Assembly (NCBI RefSeq): GCF_964194025.1
Contig: NC_134476.1
Span: 27,280,001-27,344,000 of the forward strand
DNA: 64,000 nucleotides
Direction of reading: 5' to 3'
Source of the DNA: Convolutriloba macropyga
Lineage: Eukaryota
Position 1 is the first letter of the stretch, and every line of letters starts with the position of its first letter. Both the position numbers and the translations under genes were made by a program. Below, piece by piece: positions 51,921-62,911 of the stretch. The notes under the pieces were generated by a model. The model did not search any database, was not told where the DNA came from, and worked only from the letters and a program-made list of their open reading frames with translations.

Positions 51921-52822
51921 CAAGCCCTCCGAGCGCTATCTGTTTATACCGTTTTTGAGGACGAAAAGTCTAACGAAACGGGCGTTCAGACGAAAAATCG
52001 GTCAAGCAAAAAATCGCATAAAAGGCCAGAGGACTATAATTGATACAAAATTCGTTTGTTAGCAATTGAACATTTAGGATATTCTCCGTTTGTGCCCCCA
52101 GCTTAGTGGGTGCATATTACTTGCAGCCCCCAGGCGCACGTGACATGTTTACATAATGATTTACTATGTAACGGCACGTGCTCTGTTAGTGGGGGGGAGG
52201 GGAGGGGACACATAACGTACTGGGGGCACAAATGGAAAATTCAACATTTCAATCAAACGGAAAGGTTTGAAAGAAGAATACAAAAATGTGCTGTTGAGCA
52301 CTGTCAGCAAAAACTATTCTGTGAAGAAAATGCCAGTACCTAGAAAAGTAACTTCCAATTAACTTAACTTCCAATTGTATTGATTAAGATGCGTTCTTTT
52401 ATTCTCCTTGGACATTAATTTTAAGTGCCTAAGACCCGTAAAGACGTATTTATTGTTGTTATTATTATTAATTTTATTACGGCTTCCACAAACGTGCTCC
52501 CGCGATATTTATATGTATATAGATGAATCATACTAGTTTAAGTTTGTTAAGTTTATTTCTTTTGAGAACCGTGTTTATTGAGGACCGTGTTATTTGAGGA
52601 CCGAGCATAATTGTTGTGATAAACCTATTAAATAGTATGCGGCTGGGCTGAATCAAACCTACACCTTTTCAAACCTCGCCACCCCAGCCGTAGACGAGTG
52701 AACCAATCTCCCACCCGACTCATCACATCAGGTCGTATCAATCTAACTGATTTCATTTTTAGAACAATTTCTTGTGTTTTGAATGTTAGCAGGCTCCGTG
52801 AATGGGACGTTTTGATGCCAAC

Positions 52823-53258
52823 TATAGTAGCCGCCCGTGGGCAATACTCTATGTCCTTGTCTAATTGAGCGTGGTACTTCGTTAACAGGCAAAGTTATAA
52901 GTTAAATTGTTACATAGATTATGGTGAAGAAAAGTTGGTTTAATTAGACTAGATTTATTAGAGTGGTTAGCTCTGATGGAAGTTTGGTGTTCAATGAATG
53001 AATTTATTCCTCGCTTTGGTCGGTACCCAATATCGGTTCTATCATTGTGGTAAATACACTAAGTCAACAAAGATCTGTCAGTTTTGTCGATTTCGCTCGA
53101 AGTCCGAGCTTTGCCTGATCACAGGTCTATTTTCGTTTCTGACACCTATCAACCTTGTGTCAGACATAAATCAGGTAATAAATCAAGTTTTAAACTAAAT
53201 CTTTAACCCTGTAAACCAAGATTTTCAGCACTTTTTTTATATGCGTGTGATACTCACA
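52823..53258 (-). repeat. 3' LTR
   Basis: Direct repeat of 61879-62318, roughly 85-90% identical by eye; TGT...TATA termini. Confidence 0.92.
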
Positions 53259-53371
53259 GTGCCTCCCTCTTAACAAGAATAGAGATTACCACTCACTCAA
53301 AATAACACAATATTTTCATTCACAGTTCTTAATATGTGAACGTCTCACTATACAAAGGTTTGTAGCTGCAC

Positions 53372-53970
53372 ATGGAAAATTTAGTTATCAGTTTTCGTTG
53401 TTCATATTTTTTCTGCCTCGTCAAGTACAAATATGTTGTACGCTTCTCGTGCCGCATCATTTGTCAGAATTTGATATGCCCGGTTGCTGGTCATGAAGAA
53501 TTCCTTGTCTCCACCTTCTTAGCAACTTTGACTTTCGAATCGTCCAACTCTTGCTTCAATACCTCAATGGATTGCTCCTGTTCAGCATTTCTGGCTGCTG
53601 CTGCATTTAAGTTATCTCGTAACGCCTCACACCCGGCACTCCATTTACCCAAATTTTATTTTGTTGCCTCTTTGGTCTTGTTGCAATAGTTATCCCGTTC
53701 CTGTCGAAGCTCGACGAGGACTTCTTGAAGTGAAGAGTTAGTACTCGTCATCTTCTACAACTGTGAGCACTGGTTTTGCAATTCCGCTTCAGTATGCAGA
53801 GCACGCGACCGAATATTGGCTGGTGCCAGATGTTCTAGCGTAGTTACTTTCCGAGTCCGCGACAGACAAGATTCAATTCGATAAACTCCTGGGGAAATCT
53901 TGGAAATAACTTTCCACAATTCTGGCATGTAGTATACATATTCACCAATCTGTGGAATCTTGTTACCCGA
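53372..53970 (-). pseudogene. Extra ORF of the Gypsy element (SH3/GPY-F-like module plus coiled coil), with in-frame stops
   Basis: IPQIGEYVYYMPELWKVISKISPGVYRIESCLSRTRKVTTLEHLAP...EAELQNQCSQL*KMTSTNSSLQEVLVELRQERD. Confidence 0.5.
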
Positions 53971-54023
53971 TATATTAGATAAAAAAACTCCTTTTTGCTT
54001 CTAAAGTTTATCAACATTTTCAA

Positions 54024-54297
54024 TCTTGAACTCGAGATTTTTCCTCTTTTCTTTGTTCTCGAATTCGATACGTTCTAGTTTTTTTGGTCTTGATCTCAAG
54101 ATAACTTTTTTCTTGGTCTCGAACTTGAGGCAAACTTTTTTTGGTCTCAAACTCAAGACTTTGCCTTTTTTATTTTTTTGGTCTTGAACTCAAGACAATT
54201 TTTTTTTGGTCTCGAACTAGAGACACTGCTTATTCTTCTTTTTTCTTTTTTCTGGTCTCAAGACGTTCCTTCTTTTTTTTAGTCTTGTACTCAAGAC
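54024..54297. repeat. Array of ~9 short palindromic units (consensus GTCTTGAACTCAAGAC) spaced by T tracts
   Basis: Units at ~54024, 54057, 54087, 54116, 54144, 54181, 54209, 54255 (partial), 54282. Confidence 0.8.
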
Positions 54298-54314
54298 AAC
54301 TCTTTTCTTTTTTT

Positions 54315-56265
54315 TTAAACAACTGACTCTTTTAAGGACTCTTTTTCCTTAACTTTTTTCCTTTGTTCTCGGCGTTCATTTAATAATTTTAGTAATTGAC
54401 TATACATATGTGTTCCCGTTATAGGGTCAAGATTTCGCAATAGTTGTCGCCAAGACGCTCCATTAAAAACTAATCCTAAATATATGACCAATTTAGAAAA
54501 ATTTTTCACAAATGGAAAATTGAGGTAGACTGTTAAGACTGACACAGCAAAGTCCTTCGCCTTAACCAAATGTATAAGCTTTCGGTTCTTAAATTCCCAA
54601 AATTGTTACTTCTTGTGTTAGAAAAATTGTTGTTAGAACTGATCGTTCCAGTAAATAAAATTTTCATGACTGTATTTTCCATCCGAATCTCGGAATGCTT
54701 CCCGACTGATAATTCCTTTACTATGATGGCGAATTGTTCGAGAAATTTGACTTTGTTTTACGTCTGATATGGAGAAAAGACTGCAATGCAGGTTTTCATC
54801 ACTTACATTCAAGATATTTTTCATCGACCACTGATATATCTCACGATTAAATTTCTGCAGCGTTGCTCCATATTGTTGAAAACTGCCGTCTTCTAATTTG
54901 ACAACATTTGGGTACAGCGGGTTGCTTGCAGTGATTGTATAATTATGATACAAATTTTCTGTAATAGTGCCCATATATCTCAAAAAAGAAAAATTCTGAC
55001 CCTCTACTAACACAGAAATTTCTTCTATGCAAAAAGGAAGTTTAGTTATTGTTGCTACCATCTTTGCACATTTATGAAGATATCACACAGATCCTGCTCT
55101 TTCGACGTGCGTTCCTTTCTCGAAGAGCGTAACTGATGAACTAACACTGTGTTTTGATATTTCAATCATAGTTTGAGTTCATATTCGTTGAACGTTCCAT
55201 TGGAGCGTTCTAATTTTCATTAAAAAAATTCTCTCTTTGAGAAATTCGAAATTTATGGTGTCAACAACGCTTGAAAGAAACAATTCTATGGTTACTTTAA
55301 GTTTACCGGTTTTCACTTCCGAGCTTTCCTCGGAGTGAAAAACACCTGGAACTCTGGTTGGTTTCACCTGCTGTCCACACAAACTAATTTCTTTTTCCTC
55401 TAACATTTCTAATGCAAAATCTTCATACTTGTTTTTTTGTAAAATTTTTTCGTCGATAAGAGTATGCTTGTTGTTAAAAAAATTTTTGGAGGTTCCTCTC
55501 TATTAAGTTGTTTGATCGTTTGCCATGTTTGCTCTTCTTGATTTTCAAAAAAAAAAGTTCACTAAGTCGTATTCAAAATATGTGGTTTTGAATAAAAAAA
55601 ACAGTTTTTGAGAAACCTAGGGGATCCTTAAAATTTAATAAGTTTCTTTGTAGCAATTCTCCCCAAATTGTTCAGATGTAAATTTTTACATTAATTACCT
55701 TATTTCCAATAGGTTTTTGTCCTGTAGGTGAAGTCCATTCTACAAGCTCCGCATACATAGCGCTTTTGCGCCCATTTTTTGTCATGAAGCTTCGACTATG
55801 CTCTTCGACATAAGTGGTTTCATTGGTCTGTCGTAAAAGTTTTTCAGTTACCGACCTGTCGACTTTAAATGTCCCATTTCCAAAACCTGGTACTGACAAG
55901 TTTTTGTTCTGCCAAATATCCCTACAAACTCCCTCATTTAAAGGGTATATTGATTTTATTAGTCTCGAATTCTCTGTGAAAAAAACGGCATCTTCATATA
56001 CATTGCTTTTTTTAAGCGCCCACACCGTTTATACCGCTTCATGCATGCAAAAATTTAGTTTTATCTCAGGCTGAACCTCAGCATATATCAAATTACCTTC
56101 TTCTTTTGTTTTCGATACTCGAATTTTGTTATCACAGTTTGTCATCTAGAGAATAGACCTTTGTTGATACAATATTGTCAAAATCATAACCGCATAACTT
56201 GATAAAAGGACATGGAGAATCAAAAATGGCTGGCAATGCCAGATACAAACATAGTGATACTCCAT
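54315..56265 (-). pseudogene. env-like glycoprotein (chuvirus G-like), frameshifted
   Basis: Hydrophobic leader then GYD(F)...TKVYSLDD; VCRDIW; FALE...SLCGQQVKPTRVP; AGSV*YLHKC.......LPFCIEEISV; NPLYP; C-terminal hydrophobic segment followed by NGASW.QLL and a K/R-rich tail. Confidence 0.7.
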
Positions 56266-56759
56266 CACACGATGCTCCGGACGAACTCGTCTTTCTTTTC
56301 GATTCCATTATTTCTTTCTGGATTTTCCTGAAACAAAAACATCATCAATTTCCTAGCTGCTAAAGTACTCCTCATCTTGCTCAGTAAAAATTTCTTCAAT
56401 TTTTCAGGCACCGATTTTAATTGGCTGCTAGACCTTGTAGCCATTTGTGGTGCCTTGGGATCACTGTTAATCATTTCTTCAGTACTTTTTATTTTACTAC
56501 TAGATTCCTGTGGCTTTTTTCTGGTTTTGGAACTTTGGTCTCTGCTGCTTTTTTTTCCAGTGTACTCTGTAGGTTTTGATGAAGTTGCTCCTCTTCCCTC
56601 GGCAAAATTGTGTGCCTTCTCTTGTCCTTTAGAGATTTCTTGCTCTGATTCTTTAACTTCATTCTCAGACGTAACATTTGTAACATTTAGTGAATCGATA
56701 TCATCCTCAGCTTTGGATTGATTTTCTGTGTTTAGATTGCTTTCAGTGTCTGTTGATGA

Positions 56760-59700
56760 TTATGTTTCAATTATATCGCCGTCGTCTGAGCTGGTCAGAT
56801 AGGCATTCTTCTGCTCCTTAATGGTTGTTTTTTGTTTCGCCTGAGGCTCAGACGTGAATGGTTTTTCTCGTGTTTTATATTTCTTCAGTCGGTCATAATG
56901 GACCTTAATAGCTTTCCTCGTCTTTTTATCATCTTCCTTGAAATTCAAATTATTTATAATTTCAACAAAAACATCATCAATTTGTGTATGGTCCTCCATA
57001 AAAAAAAGTATATTTTCTTGTTCCTCCTTTTTTAATCGTTGGGTTGAAAACTAACACTTCTTCACCAACTTTATAGTTCGGTCCATACTTACTGCCATCA
57101 TAAAAGGTCTTCTGGCGTTCATGTTCGACATCCATATATTCTTGCATCAACTGATGCGTTTCCTGTAGTTTTTGTTTCATTGTGAAAAACATAGTCACTT
57201 GGTGTTGCATATATTGGTGTCTGTGGTGTGCTACAGATGCAGTCTATAGGTAGTGACAGTGGAAAACCCAGTACCAAATACGCTGGGCTGCATTTTGTTA
57301 CACTATCAATTGATGATCGATATGCAATCATCGCTAAAGGTGGATATTTTGTCCGCTCATGTTGATATTGGCCTATGCATTTGGAGAGACATTCTTCTAT
57401 TGTCCGATTTGTTCTTTCAATCATCGCGTTCCCTTGTGGGTGGTAGGACGTATTTGATGTCCTCCGAATTCCTAGTTCCCTGCAAAGACTACGAAATAAT
57501 TTTGACATAAAGTTCGATCCTTGGTCACTCTGTAGGTTGACTGGACAGCCGAATCGCACTATCCAGTGTTCAACAAACGTTCTTTATACGATTTTTGCCT
57601 CTTGATTGCGTAAAGCTATGGCTTCGTACCACTTACGGAATTGCTCACCGATAATCAAAATGTACATGTTTCCCTGAGATTCGGGAAGTGGACCCATGAT
57701 ATCAAGAGATACTTGCCAAAATGGATGACTAGGTTTCCTTTTTGTGAGTGAATGCCGATATTTCTGCTTAGTGCGTTTCCTTTTTAGGCACACAGAAAAG
57801 CTTTCTGTCCAGGTTTTTACGTCCCTTCTCATGCACGGACAAAAAAAACTTTTCACAAGCCCTTTGGTAGGTTTTTTCAATCCCAAAGTGACCTGCGCTA
57901 GGAGAATCATGCAACAGCTCAAGCACGTTGGACACTCTCTCCCACGGTACAAGAATTTGGTAAACAGTCTTAAAGTTTGGTTCTGTTTGGTGTTTACGAA
58001 ACAAAATCCCGTCTATGAGACAAAGATTTTAATACTGAACACAATATTTCCATAACTCCTTCGATGCTCCATTTTTCAACTGCCGTGATTCAGGTCGTTT
58101 CTTGTTTAGTACCCAGGAATATAATTCTTTGAGTAGTTTGTATTTTTTGCTGCGAAAATCATAATGGGTTTTATTTCGCTCTGCATTAATCGCAAAAGCG
58201 TTAACAGAAGCCGTTTGTTCATTGTCTTCTGTGTTTGTTTGCGGCAGACAGATTTGTTGCCTGCTCTATGCTTGATGTCAAAGTTAAATTGACCAAGTTT
58301 CTCTATCCATCTTGCAACCATACCGTCTAGTTCTTTAAAACTATAGATCCAGAAAAGCGCCCGGTGGTTCGCTATAATTAAAAAGTGCTGACCAAGTAAA
58401 TAGTTTTTCAAATGCTGGGTAAAATGAACAATTGCAAATAATTCCCGCTTAGTGGCTGAAAAATTTCATTTAGTTTTACTCAGATTTTTGCTAACATATG
58501 CAATAATTCTATCCTCCGTTCCTTGCTTTTGGGTAAGAAGGATCTGTAGTTAATGTATACGGATCCCTATTGTTTGGATATCCTAAAACTGGGGGGTCTA
58601 AAAGCTTCTTTTTAAACTCCGTTACCACATTTTTGCACTCTGTACTCCATTCAAATTTATTTGACTTATTCAGTAAAGTGCAAAATGGTTCTGCTGTTTT
58701 TCCGAAACTGGGAATAAATTTCCGATAATAGCCCACAAGGCCTAGAAAGACTCTGACGTCCTTCAGAGACAATGGTTCATTCATTCTTTCTACCGCTCTT
58801 ACTTTATCTGGGTCGATCTCGACTCCACTCTCGGATATAATATGCCCCAAGAAGCCGACAAGTTTTTGGAAAAAATTGCATTTTGATCCCTTAATCTTTA
58901 ATCCATTCTCCGCTAAACTTAGAAAACCAGTTCTAATCGTTTCAGATGTTCGTCGAAAACCTCAACAATAACGTCATCCAGATACACTAGAGCCATATCG
59001 TAAGAGAGACCAGCAGAAACGAATTCCATTAGGTTTTGAAAAGCACCCGGAGCAGACGCTGGTCCTTTAGGGAGTCTTTTCTTTTTATACAGGCCTAGAG
59101 GCGTTATGAAAGCTGTTAAATTCTGACTCTCTTCCTCGATCGCCATCTGAAAGTATCCCGACAACAGATCTATGTTCAAAAAGTACATATTTCCCGCCAG
59201 TGAATCAATAACCACAGTAATTCTTGGTAAAGGCCAGCATGTTTTTTCTATTTGTTTGCTCAGACTACGGTAGTCTACAACCAAGCGATAATTTCCATCT
59301 TTTTTTGGTGCAAATAATAATGGTGCTAACCAGTCGGAATGTGTTGGTTCGAATATGTCGTCTCGTTCTAAGTCTTCAAAACATTTTTTCTTGGCTTTGC
59401 TTTTCTCAAAGTTCATGCTGCCGTATGTACGTCTGAATGGCAAAGCATCTTTTTTTAATTTTATTTTATGATAAATTCGGTCGCAAAATCCCATATCATT
59501 TGAGTTTCGCAAAAATATTACTTCAAATTTTGTGCAAAGTGACCTCACTTTCGTCATTTCCTCACACGACAAGCTCATTGAATTTGAGTTCACATGTTTC
59601 TCAAAATCAGATTCATCCTTATGTTTTCCTTTATTGCCAGGGTTAATTTGTTGTACTCTTGAAATTTCATCAATGTTTTCCGCAGATGCGATTCTCGCAT

Positions 59701-60352
59701 TTTTGTAAACCTTCTTTGGTTCTAAAGTAGGGTTCAGAATTCGAATTCATACGACATCATCAACAATGTCATTCAGCGATCTCGCTATTAATAAGGGTGA
59801 TTTGTCTTCGAACTCTTTCATGGTTTCGACTATAATTTCTGTTTGCTGTGTTTTGTTACATTCTTCATCGATAATTTTGCGTTTAATGAAACCATCGCAG
59901 CGACAAGGTAATTTGTAATCCTCAGCAGCACTTAAAAACAGATTCTTATTGCTTCGTTGAGATGAGTACAATTGTAATTTTTTCCCAATTGTCCCGCAAA
60001 AAAGTTCGCTTTTTCTGAGCTTTAAAGTACAGTCAGAGATATATAACAACTCAATGCCCAATAAACAAGGCGTGATCTCAATTTTGGTCCCCAGAACTCA
60101 ACTGTTATCTCAGTTGTAAATTTTTGAAGTTGGACCTGAAAAGCTGTTGAACCTTTCACAGGCATTTTTCCATTGTTGGCAGTTGTTTCTTTTATTGCAC
60201 ACTCTGATCTGCCTGGGTTCTCCCAATTGCTGGTAGAGTGTGTCATTTAAAAGATTAACACTACTTCCACTATCAATTAGGGCTGTATCAGTTTGTCTTT
60301 TATCATTATTTTTGGCAAACAAGGCCTCCACTGGGCTGTTTCCGCAACGCAA
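56760..60352 (-). pseudogene. pol: Gypsy pol (protease, RT, RNase H, integrase), frameshifted
   Basis: PR ALIDSGSSVN; RT VVDYRSL, PLPRI, DLLSGYFQ, TAFITPLGLY, YLDD; RH HRAL.W...ARW...L..F.F.IKHRAG; IN HDS..AGHFG, LDIMGPLP, SDQGSNF, YHPQGN..IER.NRTI, GPY, VHYDRLKKY. Confidence 0.93.
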
Positions 60353-60482
60353 AATTTTTACGTAGCTAGCTGAAAATGAAGCCCTGCCATCTTCACCTAA
60401 TTTTTATTTAAATACGAGAAAATTCATTTGAAATTATTTGGCCCCCCGCTTTCAAAACAATTCCTGCATTCTTTTGCTGACC

Positions 60483-61410
60483 TCAACGGCGAAATTTTTC
60501 TCTCTTTAAACTCACCGATGTCTTTGACTGCTCGGCAGGACTCTCGTGCAACCGTTCTCGGCTTCTGTTCTCTCCTCCTGGTGTTGGCGATTGCTCTCTA
60601 CTGTCGCATTGGGTTAGTCGATTATCAGCGCTGCTTCTGTTATTGCTATTATAGTTTCTATTTCTGTCTCCGGTTTCTCTTGAATTACGCTCACTTCCGC
60701 GCAGAAACTCTTTTGGCCTCGCTCCTTGCGATGAAAAATTTTTATTGTCCTGCCTGTTAGATTGTTTAGTCTGCAGTATTCGCACTAAGTCGTTAATCGA
60801 CTTAACTAGTTGAGTGTTTTCATTCGACTGGTTGGAAGAAACCCGCGGCTCATTATCCACCTCCTCAATTTTCGTGACTGCTTCAATATGTAGTGCTCTT
60901 TCTAAAGATTTGTCTAAAGTCATATCTGCGTCACCCAAGTTCTTTCTCAGGTCGAGTCGCACCTGACTATTTTCTATGTCTTCCCCTCAAATCTATTCTC
61001 TTATTTCATTAGACTCCTGAGGCTATGCTTTAAAGGCTAAAATTTGCAAATGACCGAAAAAATTTGTTAATTTTTCACCCAGATGCTGGGCTCCCCTAGA
61101 TAGCCCCCCCCCCCCCGGAAAACTACAGGTTCCTCATTATGATGTTGTCTGAAAGCTTTTACGGTCTCATCATAGCTCTTCCTAGTGTCCTCTAAAAGTG
61201 TACGATAGAAATCAATAGACAACCTTTGTAGCCTTAACGCAAAATAATGCAGCTGTTCATCAATTTCGGTTTCGGCGCCGTTTATTGTTTCATTTCTTTG
61301 CCTTGCTTTCTGAAGTTGTGACAAAATCTCAAAGTGTGTAACATAACTTTCAAAATCTTTCAAACCCGTAAAAGGCTCCGGTAACTGCGTTTTTGATGAG
61401 TGCCGAGCCT
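60483..61410 (-). pseudogene. gag: Gypsy gag, frameshifted
   Basis: PEPFTG..DFESYVTHFE..., TLDKSLERALHIEA, and a degenerate zinc knuckle near 60450-60475; lies between PBS and protease. Confidence 0.75.
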
Positions 61411-61878
61411 TCAGTGTTTTATTTAAAAACTGCTGTTTTTCAAATTATTTCAATAATTATGTTCGAAACCCGAACTACAGTTTGACAATCTAAATCAGCA
61501 GCTTTTGAATTTCATTAACACTGTATTTTTTTCCTGAAAAAATTCAAAAAACTCTAAGTTCAATGGTGTATTTTAAGTCAAATTATGTCGAATTTAAATT
61601 CGCTTAGTTTTGATGGCTATTTTATTATCGAAAAAACATGTAAAAACCGATTTGCGATAATCAAAATTTTAGGGAGTACTCACTCGAAAATTCGAAGATG
61701 GCAGTGTTCCTTGTCGAATCCCGACAACAGTTCAAAATTCCTCTTTCAGGTCGTGATGTTAAGACGTCAGACTCGTGTCGAAATTTTCAAACAAAAAATG
61801 GATTTCTTTTAGAAATCATTACAACGCTCAATATTATTGGGTGGTGGTTTTATATTTACTTTTAATCTCTGTCGCCAC

Positions 61879-62318
61879 TATAGTAGCCGCCCGTGCGCAA
61901 TACTCTATGTCATTGGCTAATTGTGAGTGGTAATTGGTTAATATGCAAAGTTGTAAGTTAAATTGTTAAGTAGATTATGGTGAAGAGAAGTTGGTTAAAT
62001 TAAACTAGATTTAATAGAGTAGTTAGCTCTGATGGAAATTTGGTGTTCAATAAATGAATTTATTCCTCGCTTTGGTCGCAACCCGGTTCTACCGGTTCTA
62101 TCATTGTGGTAAATTAAATAACTCAACAAGAATATGTCAGTTTTGCTGATTTCGCTCGAAGCCCGAGCTTTGTCTATACACAGGTCTATTTTATTTTCTG
62201 ACAACGATCAACATTGTGTCAGCCATAAATCAGGTAATAAAACAAATTTTAAACTAAATCTTTAACCTTGAAACCCGAGGTTTTTAGTACCTCTTTTTAT
62301 ATACGTGTAACACTCACA
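61879..62318 (-). repeat. 5' LTR
   Basis: Direct repeat of 52823-53258, followed on the minus strand by G-TGGCGACAG. Confidence 0.92.
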
Positions 62319-62322
62319 CAAC

Positions 62323-62870
62323 TCTCTTTCCTCCAGCTACTCAGACTTGGTCTTGGGTACTTCTCGTACCAAATATATAGACGAGCTTCAAGTACAGGGT
62401 TGTGTTCACTCCTATCGAGACGCTAAACTGCTAGATCTCTGTGATGCTATCAATCAATACCCAAATCAGAAACTGAACACTGTTGTTGCAATTGCTGGCT
62501 TCAGTGATCAACGTAGTATTATGAAACTTTCATAGAGCATTGGAAATTCATCAAACTGCTTATTAATGTAAAATTTAGCCCAAATAATTCGATTGTTCTC
62601 AAAGTTATACCCACCAGCTGTAAACGCCTCTTAAATCGGGAAGTTAGTGCCCGTAACTACGCTTTGTATAAATATATTGATTCTTGTGCCTTTAAGCTGT
62701 TTATTGTTTCAACCTCATTTAGAAATGGTCTTGATTCTAAACTATTCTGTAAAGACACCGTGCACTTCTCCTTTCATGGAAACCATGTTTTCACTATTAT
62801 TCTGTTTAACATCATTCAATATTTAAAATATCGTTGCTGTTATTACGCTCCTGTAATTACCTTAACCTAG
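62323..62870 (+). pseudogene. SGNH/GDSL esterase-like ORF; its first 7 codons lie at 52802-52822, split off by the Gypsy insertion
   Basis: Block I LVLGTS, block III IAGFSD, block V KDTVHFSFHG; frameshifted. Confidence 0.65.
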
Positions 62871-62911
62871 TTCCCTCATTAAGACCTTCCCCACACCTAG
62901 ACCGTAGCCTG

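Larger units (their letters stand above)
52823..62318 (-). mobile_element. Full-length decayed Ty3/Gypsy LTR retrotransposon with env-like ORF
   Basis: Two ~440-bp LTRs; TSD CAAC (52819-52822, 62319-62322); PBS-like TGGCGACAG from 61877; PPT AAGAGGGAGG at 53271-53262; domain order gag-PR-RT-RH-IN. Confidence 0.95.

Noticed and set aside
54024-54297. CRISPR-like appearance of palindromic repeats
   Set aside because: Spacers are short T tracts, repeats are degenerate, context is a eukaryotic retroelement and no cas genes are present.
56263-56267. TGATG stop-start coupling between the pol tail and env
   Set aside because: The region is heavily frameshifted, so the overlap may be a decay artefact; needs an intact consensus.
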